Shown: in pieces, positions 20,201 through 27,501 of the stretch | Layout: every line of letters starts with the position of its first letter | How positions within the stretch are numbered: the first letter of the stretch is position 1 | Origin: Clostridium sp. | GTDB taxonomy: Bacteria; Bacillota; Clostridia; Lachnospirales; Lachnospiraceae | Assembly: GCA_023667695.1 (NCBI GenBank) | Contig: JAMOZY010000004.1 | Span: 46,317 to 110,316 of the forward strand | Direction of reading: 5' to 3' | Length of the DNA stretch: 64,000 nucleotides | Made by a program: the position numbers and the translations under genes | The notes under the pieces: model-generated | What the model saw: the letters and a program-made list of their open reading frames with translations, nothing else | The model's database searches: none | Told to the model about the DNA's origin: nothing

Positions 20201-21035
20201 TATCGCCTTTCGGAATGGTAACCTCAATATCCGCAGAAGTCTTATACCATTTTTCTATTTTCCCAAATGATGTAACCTCTGGGACTGACGGCGGCGTCAG
20301 GGCAGAAGATATAACAATCTCCCCCCAAGCAGTTATTTCACTACTGCTTATTTTATACGTATTGGCACCTTCTTTTGTTAATTTTTCAAAATAGCTGATG
20401 CCATTGCCATCACCTACCTTAAACTCAGTCAGGTCATAACCGGCATCCAGTGTAACCGTAATAGTAAATACTTCATCCATTTTTAAGGGTTCATAGTATT
20501 CCGTACCACCAGCGTTTCCCCAGCCTCCGGAAACGGATACCGTGGCATTGCTCTTTGTAATAGAAAAAGCAGCTGCAGAACTCCCCAAGGAAATTCCACC
20601 ATCGGTCAACAGATTGTCAACGGTTGTCTTATATGTATATTTCCTTTTCCCCTCTGCCACTCCATGATATGTAACTCCGGTCTGGGCTGTATCCACCTTT
20701 CTATTCATAGGAAGGAAAAATTCCACCTGAACCTCCGTATTGGTTAGAGTACCAGCAGCTATCGTTATCTCCTTCGTCCCTTCCGCATAGGTAATACCCG
20801 TTACATCTGGCGTTACACGGATATTGGATGCATCAGCAATGGTTACCGTACAGGTTTGAACACTATCCGTTACTGTCTCCTCTGCCTGCGCCGCCATCCC
20901 GCTATCATTTACCACTTCTTCTGCATCGGTTCCAAAAACGATTGGAATGCTCCCATTTACCGGAAACAGTGCCATTATCAGTGCCATGCCAAAAGCAGCT
21001 ATTCGTTTTATATATTGCATTCGATTCCCTTTCAT
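17235..21035 (-). CDS. Large (1266 aa) cell-surface protein with multiple Ig-like repeat modules, N-terminal signal peptide and C-terminal TM anchor
   Basis: Signal-like N-terminus MKGNRMQYIKRIAAFGMALIMALFPVNG. About 100-aa modules recur, each ending in T(I/V)D.TAP (TIDKTAPILS, TVDCTAPVVS, TIDTEPPVIG, VIDRTAPKII). The C-terminus is hydrophobic with a KSKK tail and no LPXTG. ATG start with GGGAGG RBS. Confidence 0.8.
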   Translation of the reverse strand: MKGNRMQYIKRIAAFGMALIMALFPVNGSIPIVFGTDAEEVVNDSGMAAQAEETVTDSVQTCTVTIADASNIRVTPDVTGITYAEGTKEITIAAGTLTNTEVQVEFFLPMNRKVDTAQTGVTYHGVAEGKRKYTYKTTVDNLLTDGGISLGSSAAAFSITKSNATVSVSGGWGNAGGTEYYEPLKMDEVFTITVTLDAGYDLTEFKVGDGNGISYFEKLTKEGANTYKISSSEITAWGEIVISSALTPPSVPEVTSFGKIEKWYKTSADIEVTIPKGDMPSGCKLQYAFSLEGNAPASWTDVSSFTNVTNDGNPHKVTVSYGFSGTGYLYLRYARIADGVGSASVKSPLIHFDSTAPSGLNAAIYVNGEINNQLEWVNAEDKVTIRISATESESGLKQLEYALDGGTKTTVSEFTKTNDGGYFEIPYTLDKKCDTITYSISDQMDNKSGDVTFDASGLKFDLVLPGADIIYRDASGNTIADPSQWQTGKVTMEITPWDGEAPVDEGQERSGFPTLGVTDGRNSLSGRKEDDTDTYIFEFEEDGSHVITIVVKDKAGNIKKYSSTINIDRRGPSEKGIVFNDSSSQNAFGNDFVIKAEANSASGIQEMIFTFYDLEKKQCGTPVQIYTISNKIGSCLYSQSQNSLENFQGYVQVTYVDKVNRSQKGDFYPIRYNANGARIQAEAQGNWTRESVPVTATIEDSITEIQKIEFYVDGTLRETIIPTNPHKMTCGIAISESSASALGTQVTIVVTSSAGVQSVVNKVVCIDKQPPAVSLGGVTQGAVYNENRTLQITTNENIWQAMRPVSVTATRTLDGNTTSIDLGAYEVVDATGTVGHTFTEDGVYQVTVTAVDAAGNSDTKSISFTIDKTAPILSMTGAGEGTYSSRPVTIQFRAAESFYETNNVRINVERKLGGSTYGRTVNFTNTGRISELSSTFSEDGDYTVTMTATDGAGNTAVMQTLSFTVDCTAPVVSLSGTRDYFVTSRSVAIDFSVVESYYETNEVRIQGTRRLANGRTEPIQISEWSNRGITSTLNQEFTEDGYYTITVSATDKAGNNKQQTIHFTIDTEPPVIGDLSQYDGKYLSNFQLKERLEDLISELTVPSVRMTLNGEAYDGSEITQDGKYTLVLEVTDEVGLSATKSIEFVIDRTAPKIIFAGVENKKIYTETINLNLSLENENDTIVAILINGVPYELTAGAVSYNLTFDSFGDYEVVVNTIDEAGNENSQTIEFTYAEHRNAVFLWILIGAVVVAAGLVVCLLMKSKKTA

Positions 21036-21110
21036 TCATTTTCCTCCCTTATAATCAATTCTGATGGACTGTTTTTCAAACAAAGGTTTTTTCTCCACCT
21101 ATTATGTAAA

Positions 21111-21238
21111 TCAACAACCCCGCCGCAAGCAACGGGGCATCAAATTTGAAACGCCCCCAAGTGCGGGGTATGTTAACCCTTGCGGCAGTCGCCAAATGTC
21201 TGCAAGCAGCCACTTGGCTTGTTGCTCGCAGGAATCAA
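21111..21238. repeat. 128-bp GC-rich structured intergenic element, copy B
   Basis: Near-identical to 4959-5086 in the same orientation. It lies between the stop of the 209-aa membrane protein and the start of the Ig-repeat protein. The TGA stop at 21235-21237 falls inside the element, as in copy A. Confidence 0.85.
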
Positions 21239-21864
21239 TGGAATTCATCTGGTATCCTGTCCTCCGTGTGTGTAAGTACAAAATCCAAAACCTTTGCCAC
21301 TTTCCCCGCCTCGGTCAAGCATTCCTCTGGTATTTGAAGCACACCATCCACGCTATTTTCCGCCAATATGGTTGTGGCAGGCTCTTTGTTCTTTAATACG
21401 GTGGTTTCCTCCTCCACAATCGATGTACTGCTTAACACTACTGTCTCCAGCTCTGGGAATTCCGGCTCCAGAACCGTAGTCTCTTCCGAAACAACATGGG
21501 TCTGAAGCGCTGCCGGCGTTACCGATTCCTCCTTGGTCACAGCAGATTCCCGGCTTGTATCTCTTTCCTCCAAGGGTGAAGCGGTTTGACTGTCGGCAGT
21601 CCTGCTGTCCAATCTTCCACTTTCCATTTTCCGGACCTTTATTTTCCCAGTTGTTCCGGAGCTTTTTGGAAATACCCGCTTTGAAGCATTTACCTCATAC
21701 CCCTCCTGTCGAATCCGTTCAATTGCTTTTCGTTCCGTACTACCGGTTATATCGCCAAATACCTTTGGAATATTCCACTTTATAAACAGCACCACTGCTA
21801 TTACAAGACAGATGACAGCCAGTGCCATCCCGCCATAACTCATTACGGTAAATACTGTAGCCAT
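21235..21864 (-). CDS. Single-pass membrane protein with Ser/Thr/Glu-rich disordered region (unknown function)
   Basis: 209 aa with an N-terminal TM (GGMALAVICLVIAVVLFI) followed by a low-complexity region. ATG with AGGAGG RBS, 3 nt after the kinase stop. Confidence 0.6.
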   Translation of the reverse strand: MATVFTVMSYGGMALAVICLVIAVVLFIKWNIPKVFGDITGSTERKAIERIRQEGYEVNASKRVFPKSSGTTGKIKVRKMESGRLDSRTADSQTASPLEERDTSRESAVTKEESVTPAALQTHVVSEETTVLEPEFPELETVVLSSTSIVEEETTVLKNKEPATTILAENSVDGVLQIPEECLTEAGKVAKVLDFVLTHTEDRIPDEFH

Positions 21865-21867
21865 CCT

Positions 21868-23976
21868 TTATTCCTCCTCTGCTGACGATTGCTCACTGCT
21901 GTCCTCTGTCTCAAGCAGGGTTTCCCCTTCCGCCGGTCCATCGGATGGTACAGCTTCGGTATTATCGTCAGTTTCTGTATCTTCCGGTGAACGATTGAAA
22001 AAGGGCTGCAAGCTGCTGACCAGCGCCTTCCACTCAAAATTATCCCCAATGCCCGGTATCTGGCTCCCGGCATGATAGACCTCTAATATATCCGGGGCGT
22101 CCCAGGAAGATACATCCGGATTGCCCGCTTTATACTTATTATACAGATAGCGCAAATGACTGACATAGACTGCCTGACCGGTATTGCCGATTAAAGCCTC
22201 TGCGGTCTGATACTCTGCAACAGCTTCCGCTTCCATTCCTAATACAATATAGATTTCTGCCTTATGAATCAAAATATCCTCATAAACGGTTGGATTTTCT
22301 TCTTTATTAACCTGAGATAATACATTATCACAACAGGTCAGCGCTTCATAATAATACATCTCAGAATCCGTCCCTGCTTCTTCACTGGCGGCAAGACTTT
22401 GATATGCAGTTACCAGATATAAGTTATAGTAGTAATAATAATTAGAGCTATTGCTGAGCATGGAACCGTTCCGGTTTAAATCCTCCAGGGCCGTTGTCAG
22501 GATTCGGACAGCAGAGGCATCCGCCCCCTCAATATTTCCAATGTTTCTTGTATAAATCATACCCAAAATCTTATAATTCATGAACTTGGCTTCACCGGTT
22601 GCCATCCTGGCATTATTCGCCTCAAACTCTGACAAATCCGATGCCAGTTCAACATAATCCGGATTTGGTTCCGACATAATCATAGCCATAGCAATATAAT
22701 GCTGTGCATTTTCACCATATTCGTCTGATTTTGCATCTATCATCCGAAAATACTTTAACGAAGCATCATAGCTTTGCAAATCAAAATATGTAAGCCCCAT
22801 CTGATACAATAAGCGATTATTTTTAGACAGATTCTTACTGCTGTTAATGTAGGAGGCTATGGTTTCCAGTCCCATTTCCGGATTATTGAGATTATTCACA
22901 TATATATTCAGAATCTTGATGTATGCTTCTTCATTTTTCGGATTTACCTGAATCGCATTTTTATATTCTGCAACCGCTTCTTCATAATTCCCCGCAAACT
23001 TATAATCATCACCGGTATTAATGATATTCATGTAATTCTGATTGAGCAAATTCTGCTGTCCGGAAAATCCGGCAACTGACACTCCGGTAAAAACCAGTGT
23101 CATTGCAGCCGCTGCCACAAATAACCCAAATTTCTTTTTCGATTGCTTTTTAAACTGCTCATCCAATTCATCATAATGATCGAATGCATATAATAATTCT
23201 GAACAGGACTGATAGCGGTCATTTGGGTTCGGCTGGGTACATTTCACAAGGATTTTTTCCAGACCGCTGGATAATGCCGGATTCCACTGACGAATCGGCT
23301 TAATCTCATACGGTGGCTCACAAGGATTCATACCGGTAACAATATGATATAAGGTGGCTCCCAGGCAGTAAATATCCGTTCTGGCATCTGTATTATAGAT
23401 ACCACGCCCCTGAGAATCACCAAATTGCTCCGGTGCTGCATAACCCCGGGTACCCAGTGCAGTCGTATCCGCATTATTTTCAATCTTATATTCCTTTGCT
23501 GTTCCAAAATCAATCAGCTTCACATTCCCATTGGGTTTTAACATAATATTGGAAGGCTTCATGTCCCGGTAAATAATAGGCGGTTCCATGGAATGAAGAT
23601 AATCCAAGGCACTTGCCAGTTGCTTTGCCCACTCGATTACCAGCTCCTGGGGCTGAGCCCCCTGCTCCTTCAGTATCTCACTAATCGGACGGCCCTCCAC
23701 ATAATCCATAACTACATAGACCCGATTATCCTTTTGAATAATATCAACAATACGGGGCAGTACCGGATGATCCACCTTTTTTAAAATATTCGCTTCCCGC
23801 TCCAGCCCTTTTAACAGGGTCTGGGTATCCTTAGAGCCATCATCCTTGATTTCCTTAATCGCCCATTGCTTATTCAAACGCAAGTCCATAGCAACATATA
23901 CAACAGACATACCGCCACGTCCGATTTCCTTCAATATTTCATATTTACCATCTAAAACCGTTCCCTTTTCTGTCAT
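21868..23976 (-). CDS. Hanks-type Ser/Thr protein kinase with one TM and an extracytoplasmic TPR-repeat domain
   Basis: Kinase subdomains are present (GRGGMSVVY, AIKE, YRDMKPSNIM, DFG, GTRGYAAPE). A TM segment (FGLFVAAAAMTLVFTGVSVAGF) is followed by about 380 aa of TPR-like repeats and an acidic tail. The preferred start is ATG 23976 with a GGGAG RBS; the ORF-track start at 23994 is TTG. Confidence 0.88.
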   Translation of the reverse strand: MTEKGTVLDGKYEILKEIGRGGMSVVYVAMDLRLNKQWAIKEIKDDGSKDTQTLLKGLEREANILKKVDHPVLPRIVDIIQKDNRVYVVMDYVEGRPISEILKEQGAQPQELVIEWAKQLASALDYLHSMEPPIIYRDMKPSNIMLKPNGNVKLIDFGTAKEYKIENNADTTALGTRGYAAPEQFGDSQGRGIYNTDARTDIYCLGATLYHIVTGMNPCEPPYEIKPIRQWNPALSSGLEKILVKCTQPNPNDRYQSCSELLYAFDHYDELDEQFKKQSKKKFGLFVAAAAMTLVFTGVSVAGFSGQQNLLNQNYMNIINTGDDYKFAGNYEEAVAEYKNAIQVNPKNEEAYIKILNIYVNNLNNPEMGLETIASYINSSKNLSKNNRLLYQMGLTYFDLQSYDASLKYFRMIDAKSDEYGENAQHYIAMAMIMSEPNPDYVELASDLSEFEANNARMATGEAKFMNYKILGMIYTRNIGNIEGADASAVRILTTALEDLNRNGSMLSNSSNYYYYYNLYLVTAYQSLAASEEAGTDSEMYYYEALTCCDNVLSQVNKEENPTVYEDILIHKAEIYIVLGMEAEAVAEYQTAEALIGNTGQAVYVSHLRYLYNKYKAGNPDVSSWDAPDILEVYHAGSQIPGIGDNFEWKALVSSLQPFFNRSPEDTETDDNTEAVPSDGPAEGETLLETEDSSEQSSAEEE

Positions 23977-23990
23977 TCCAATCTCCCTAA

Positions 23991-24764
23991 TCAATATGCC
24001 TTCAAGAGGACTAATGATATGTTATCCTGTTCCTTTCTTCGCTTTACTAATTCTGTCAGATAAATGCAGTTACGACGCATAACCGTTGGATTTACACATG
24101 CTCCCGGACCTAGCTGTTCCAACATTTCTTCCTGACTGACTTCATGACAAAATCCATCAGAGCATACCAGATAAGAAGTGCCAGGTTCAACAGCACCCTG
24201 GTAAAATGCCGGTTCAACTGCTGCTGAGGCTCCAACACACTGTAATAAAATACTTCTTCTGCTATCCCGCAACGCCTCCTCCGGCGTCAGTCTGCCGGCT
24301 GCGATTTCTCGTGCCACTAAAGACTGATCCTCCGTCATCTGCCGCACTCCGGCACCTGTCAGTTCATAAACCCGGCTGTCACCCACATGAATAATCAGAT
24401 ATTGTTCCTGATATAATAATAACGCCGAAAGTGTGGTACCTAAGCCGGCATTCTTCTGAATACCATACATGCTAAGCTTGGAATTCTCTGATTGGGCAAG
24501 GGAACGCCACTCTTCCCTAATTCGCTCTTGGTCAACAGCTTTCCCGGCTGCCATTTCCGCAAAAGAAGTGTCAAACCAGCTGCAATAGGCCATGATTACT
24601 TCCTTACTGGCCAATTCTCCTGCTGACAAACCTCCCATTCCATCACAAACAATCGCAAACACCGCTCGGCCATTGGGGGTATCTAATACTTTAATTGCAA
24701 TGGAATCTTCATTTGTATTTTTTCTTATTCCCACATCTGTATTGTAGGCAACAAAATAATTCAT
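23991..24764 (-). CDS. PP2C-family Ser/Thr phosphatase (Stp-like)
   Basis: 257 aa with NEDS, VCDGMGG, GTTLSAL and CSDG motifs. Confidence 0.88.
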   Translation of the reverse strand: MNYFVAYNTDVGIRKNTNEDSIAIKVLDTPNGRAVFAIVCDGMGGLSAGELASKEVIMAYCSWFDTSFAEMAAGKAVDQERIREEWRSLAQSENSKLSMYGIQKNAGLGTTLSALLLYQEQYLIIHVGDSRVYELTGAGVRQMTEDQSLVAREIAAGRLTPEEALRDSRRSILLQCVGASAAVEPAFYQGAVEPGTSYLVCSDGFCHEVSQEEMLEQLGPGACVNPTVMRRNCIYLTELVKRRKEQDNISLVLLKAY

Positions 24765-24788
24765 AGCGTCTCTCCTTCAGCCCTCTTC

Positions 24789-26735
24789 CTACCACAATGC
24801 ATATATAAATTCCTCATCTCCTAAAACCAGTTTACAATTATTCAACAACAGCTTTTCTGTGCCAGGCAATATCTGTTCTCCATTTACATAAGTAGAATTC
24901 GTAGATTTCTCATCCCGTACATAATAAACGCCATTCTTCTTCATAATTGTACAATGAATGCGGCTGATGGCTGTATTATCTGCAATCACATAATCCACAC
25001 CATCCTGTGACTTCCCCATTACAAAATCCTTCTCCGGCAGTGGAATATGTTCCCCTGTCTTCACTCGAACCAAATGAGGATTTGGCGTCCTCTGCCCTTG
25101 TTGATAAGTGGCATCCTGGGGCATAATCTGTGGACTCGGAGATACACCCGGCATCGGTGCCATTCCAGGCTGTGGTACTGCTCCCGGCATTGGTGCCATC
25201 CCTGGCTGTGGTACTGTTCCAGGCATCGGCATCATCCCAGACTGTGGTACTGCCCCCGGCATTGATGCCGTCCCTGGCTGTGGTACTGTCCCAGGCATTG
25301 GTGCCATCCCTGGCTGTGGCACTGTTCCAGACATTGGTGTCATCTCTGGCTGCGGCACTGTCCCAGGCATTGGTGTCATCCCTGGCTGCGGCACTGTCCC
25401 AGGCATTGGTGTCATCCCTGGCTGCGGTGTGGATTCTGACTGTGGAACCGGATTAGAAGATGATACTGGCTTGGTCTGGGCATTCATCCGTTCAATCTTT
25501 GCATTTAATTCAGCCGGTATCGGTTCAAATTCTATATCATCCTCCGGTATCACGCTAGTTATCGGAGCCGTCGGCGTCTCTGGCTCTGCTGCTATCGGTT
25601 CTACTGCCGGGGTTTCCGGTACTACTGTTTCCGCTACTGGAGCTACCGGTGCTTCTGGTTTAACTGCTATCGGTTCTACTACCGGGGTTTCCGGTACTAC
25701 CGCTTCCACTACTGGAGCTGCCGGTGCTTCTGGTTCTGCTGCTACCGGTGCTACTACCGGGGTTTCCGGTACTACTGTTTCCGCTACTGGAGCTGCCGGT
25801 GCTTCTGGTTCTGCTACTATCGGTTCTACTGCCGGGGTTTCCGGTACTACTGCTTCCACTACTGGAGTTGCCGGTGCTTCTGGTTCTGCTGCTATCGGTT
25901 CTACTGCTGGAGTCATCGGTGCTTCTGATTTAACTGCTATCGCTTCCACTGCCGGAGTCGTCAGTGCTTCTGGTTCTACTGCCGGGGTTTCCGGTATTAC
26001 TGCTTCTACTACCAGAGTTGTCGGTGTCTCTGGCTCTACTGCTATCGCTTCCACTGCCGGAGTCTCCGGTACTACCGCTTCCACTACTGGAGCTACCGGT
26101 GCTTCTGGTTCTGCTGCTATCGGTTCTACTGCCGGGGTCTCCGGCTCCGGAATCGTCTCCTCTATAATATCAAGCCTTGCATCCATCATTAACCCGTGAA
26201 TTTCCCGTAAAAAGGATTTCAGTTCAAGTCCTCTGTTAATTGCAGACAGCAGCTTTGCAACATAATCTCCATCTTCACTATTTAAATATACTGCATGTGC
26301 AAGTATTTCGCGGAAAAAGCCGGAAAGTGCATCCGGTTCTAATATAGCATTCTTGCTCGGCATACAAATCAATCTTGCCTTTTTAACGGTATCCTCCATA
26401 TAAATATAATGGGGAGCCAGCACTGCATATGCCAGATTAATTCCCTGTTCTTCCATACCTATCAAGGTATGTACTATACTTTCAAAGGACCGCAGAATCA
26501 CTTCCTTGCTCACGGTATCCTGCAGACGTTCCTCCAGCGTTTCCATTTGTTCCGTATATGCATACATATAATTATGTCCATTTTCATATACTGCCCCCAT
26601 TGGCAGTACGCCTAACAGCTTCCCTTCCTTACATTGCTTTAATACCAGTCCATCCATCATCTCGCCTGCCTGAACCTGGTATTCTACTACTGATTTTCCA
26701 TCCCGTATTGATTGTTGTAATAATTCCGATTTCAT
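24789..26735 (-). CDS. FHA-domain protein with an N-terminal globular domain of unknown function and a long Pro-rich tandem-repeat linker
   Basis: The C-terminus ([47 protein letters not shown]) is a canonical FHA core. The preferred start is ATG 26735 after GGGAGG. Confidence 0.85.
   Translation of the reverse strand: MKSELLQQSIRDGKSVVEYQVQAGEMMDGLVLKQCKEGKLLGVLPMGAVYENGHNYMYAYTEQMETLEERLQDTVSKEVILRSFESIVHTLIGMEEQGINLAYAVLAPHYIYMEDTVKKARLICMPSKNAILEPDALSGFFREILAHAVYLNSEDGDYVAKLLSAINRGLELKSFLREIHGLMMDARLDIIEETIPEPETPAVEPIAAEPEAPVAPVVEAVVPETPAVEAIAVEPETPTTLVVEAVIPETPAVEPEALTTPAVEAIAVKSEAPMTPAVEPIAAEPEAPATPVVEAVVPETPAVEPIVAEPEAPAAPVAETVVPETPVVAPVAAEPEAPAAPVVEAVVPETPVVEPIAVKPEAPVAPVAETVVPETPAVEPIAAEPETPTAPITSVIPEDDIEFEPIPAELNAKIERMNAQTKPVSSSNPVPQSESTPQPGMTPMPGTVPQPGMTPMPGTVPQPEMTPMSGTVPQPGMAPMPGTVPQPGTASMPGAVPQSGMMPMPGTVPQPGMAPMPGAVPQPGMAPMPGVSPSPQIMPQDATYQQGQRTPNPHLVRVKTGEHIPLPEKDFVMGKSQDGVDYVIADNTAISRIHCTIMKKNGVYYVRDEKSTNSTYVNGEQILPGTEKLLLNNCKLVLGDEEFIYALW
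25140..25435. repeat. In-frame 36-nt tandem repeat, about 8 units, encoding [12 protein letters not shown]-type units
   Basis: Units such as ggcattggtgccatccctggctgtggtactgttcca recur back to back with point variants. Confidence 0.85.
25565..26150. repeat. In-frame 75-nt tandem repeat, about 8 units, encoding [29 protein letters not shown] units
   Basis: The 75-nt period was verified by counting consecutive gctatcggttctact...gcttctggtt units. Confidence 0.85.
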
Positions 26736-26973
26736 CTGATACCTCCCAATTTTCCTTAAAATACACCCATTCTCCATTTCTAAACCACTGCTTTAATCAT
26801 ATGTTACACAGCCTAAAATGTCAACATTTTCTATCAATTTTACACATCTTTTATTTCCTGTTCAGAATTTATTTTTAATCAACTTTCTCTTGCACTTTTT
26901 TCTGTTTCATGCAACACTTTTTCTAATTTGTAACACTTATAAATAGAAATGCATTTCAAAGAGAGGTGACAAC

Positions 26974-27501
26974 ATGGACCTACAACAGGAAGAATACCTG
27001 GTGAAACAGGCGCGCCATAAGGATACAAAAGCCTTTGCACAGCTCTATTCCTGTGTTTATAAAGACTTATATCGTTTTGCCCTTTATACGCTTGGAAATC
27101 CGGAGGATGCAGAAGATGTGGTCAGCGACACGGTTACGGATGCTTTCGCCACCATACATAACCTGCGCAGCCCTTCCGCTTTCCGCCCATGGATTTTTCG
27201 GATTTTGACCAACAAATGCAAAATGGTATTAAAAAGCTATTCGAGACGCAGTGTAGAACTGAATCATGATATACAGATGCCTGACCGGAATTATGCTGAT
27301 ATTCAGGATGTAAGAAATGCCTTTGCCAAGCTAAGCTCCCGGGAACGTCTTATTTTATCTCTGACTGTATTTGCCGGCTATACCAATGAAGAAGCCGCAA
27401 AGCTGCTAAATATGAAAGCAGGTACATTACGCTCTGTCAAAAGCCGCGCCATGGATAAAATGGAAGCAGATTTGATTTTAAATAAGGAGGATGTCCTATG
27501 A
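26974..27501 (+). CDS. ECF-type sigma-70 family RNA polymerase sigma factor
   Basis: 175 aa with a region 2 (YKDLYRFALYTLGNPEDAEDVVSDT) and a region 4 HTH (YTNEEAAKLLNMKAGTLRSVKSRA). Its stop overlaps the next gene in an ATGA. Confidence 0.85.
   Translation: MDLQQEEYLVKQARHKDTKAFAQLYSCVYKDLYRFALYTLGNPEDAEDVVSDTVTDAFATIHNLRSPSAFRPWIFRILTNKCKMVLKSYSRRSVELNHDIQMPDRNYADIQDVRNAFAKLSSRERLILSLTVFAGYTNEEAAKLLNMKAGTLRSVKSRAMDKMEADLILNKEDVL

Noticed and set aside
25108-26199. 363-aa plus-strand ORF, with shorter ones at 25047-25265, 25130-25456, 25724-25933 and 25964-26167
   Set aside because: These lie antisense to the FHA gene and entirely within its tandem repeats. The stop-free low-complexity sequence explains them, and there is no RBS. 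The minus-strand frame ends in a bona fide FHA domain.
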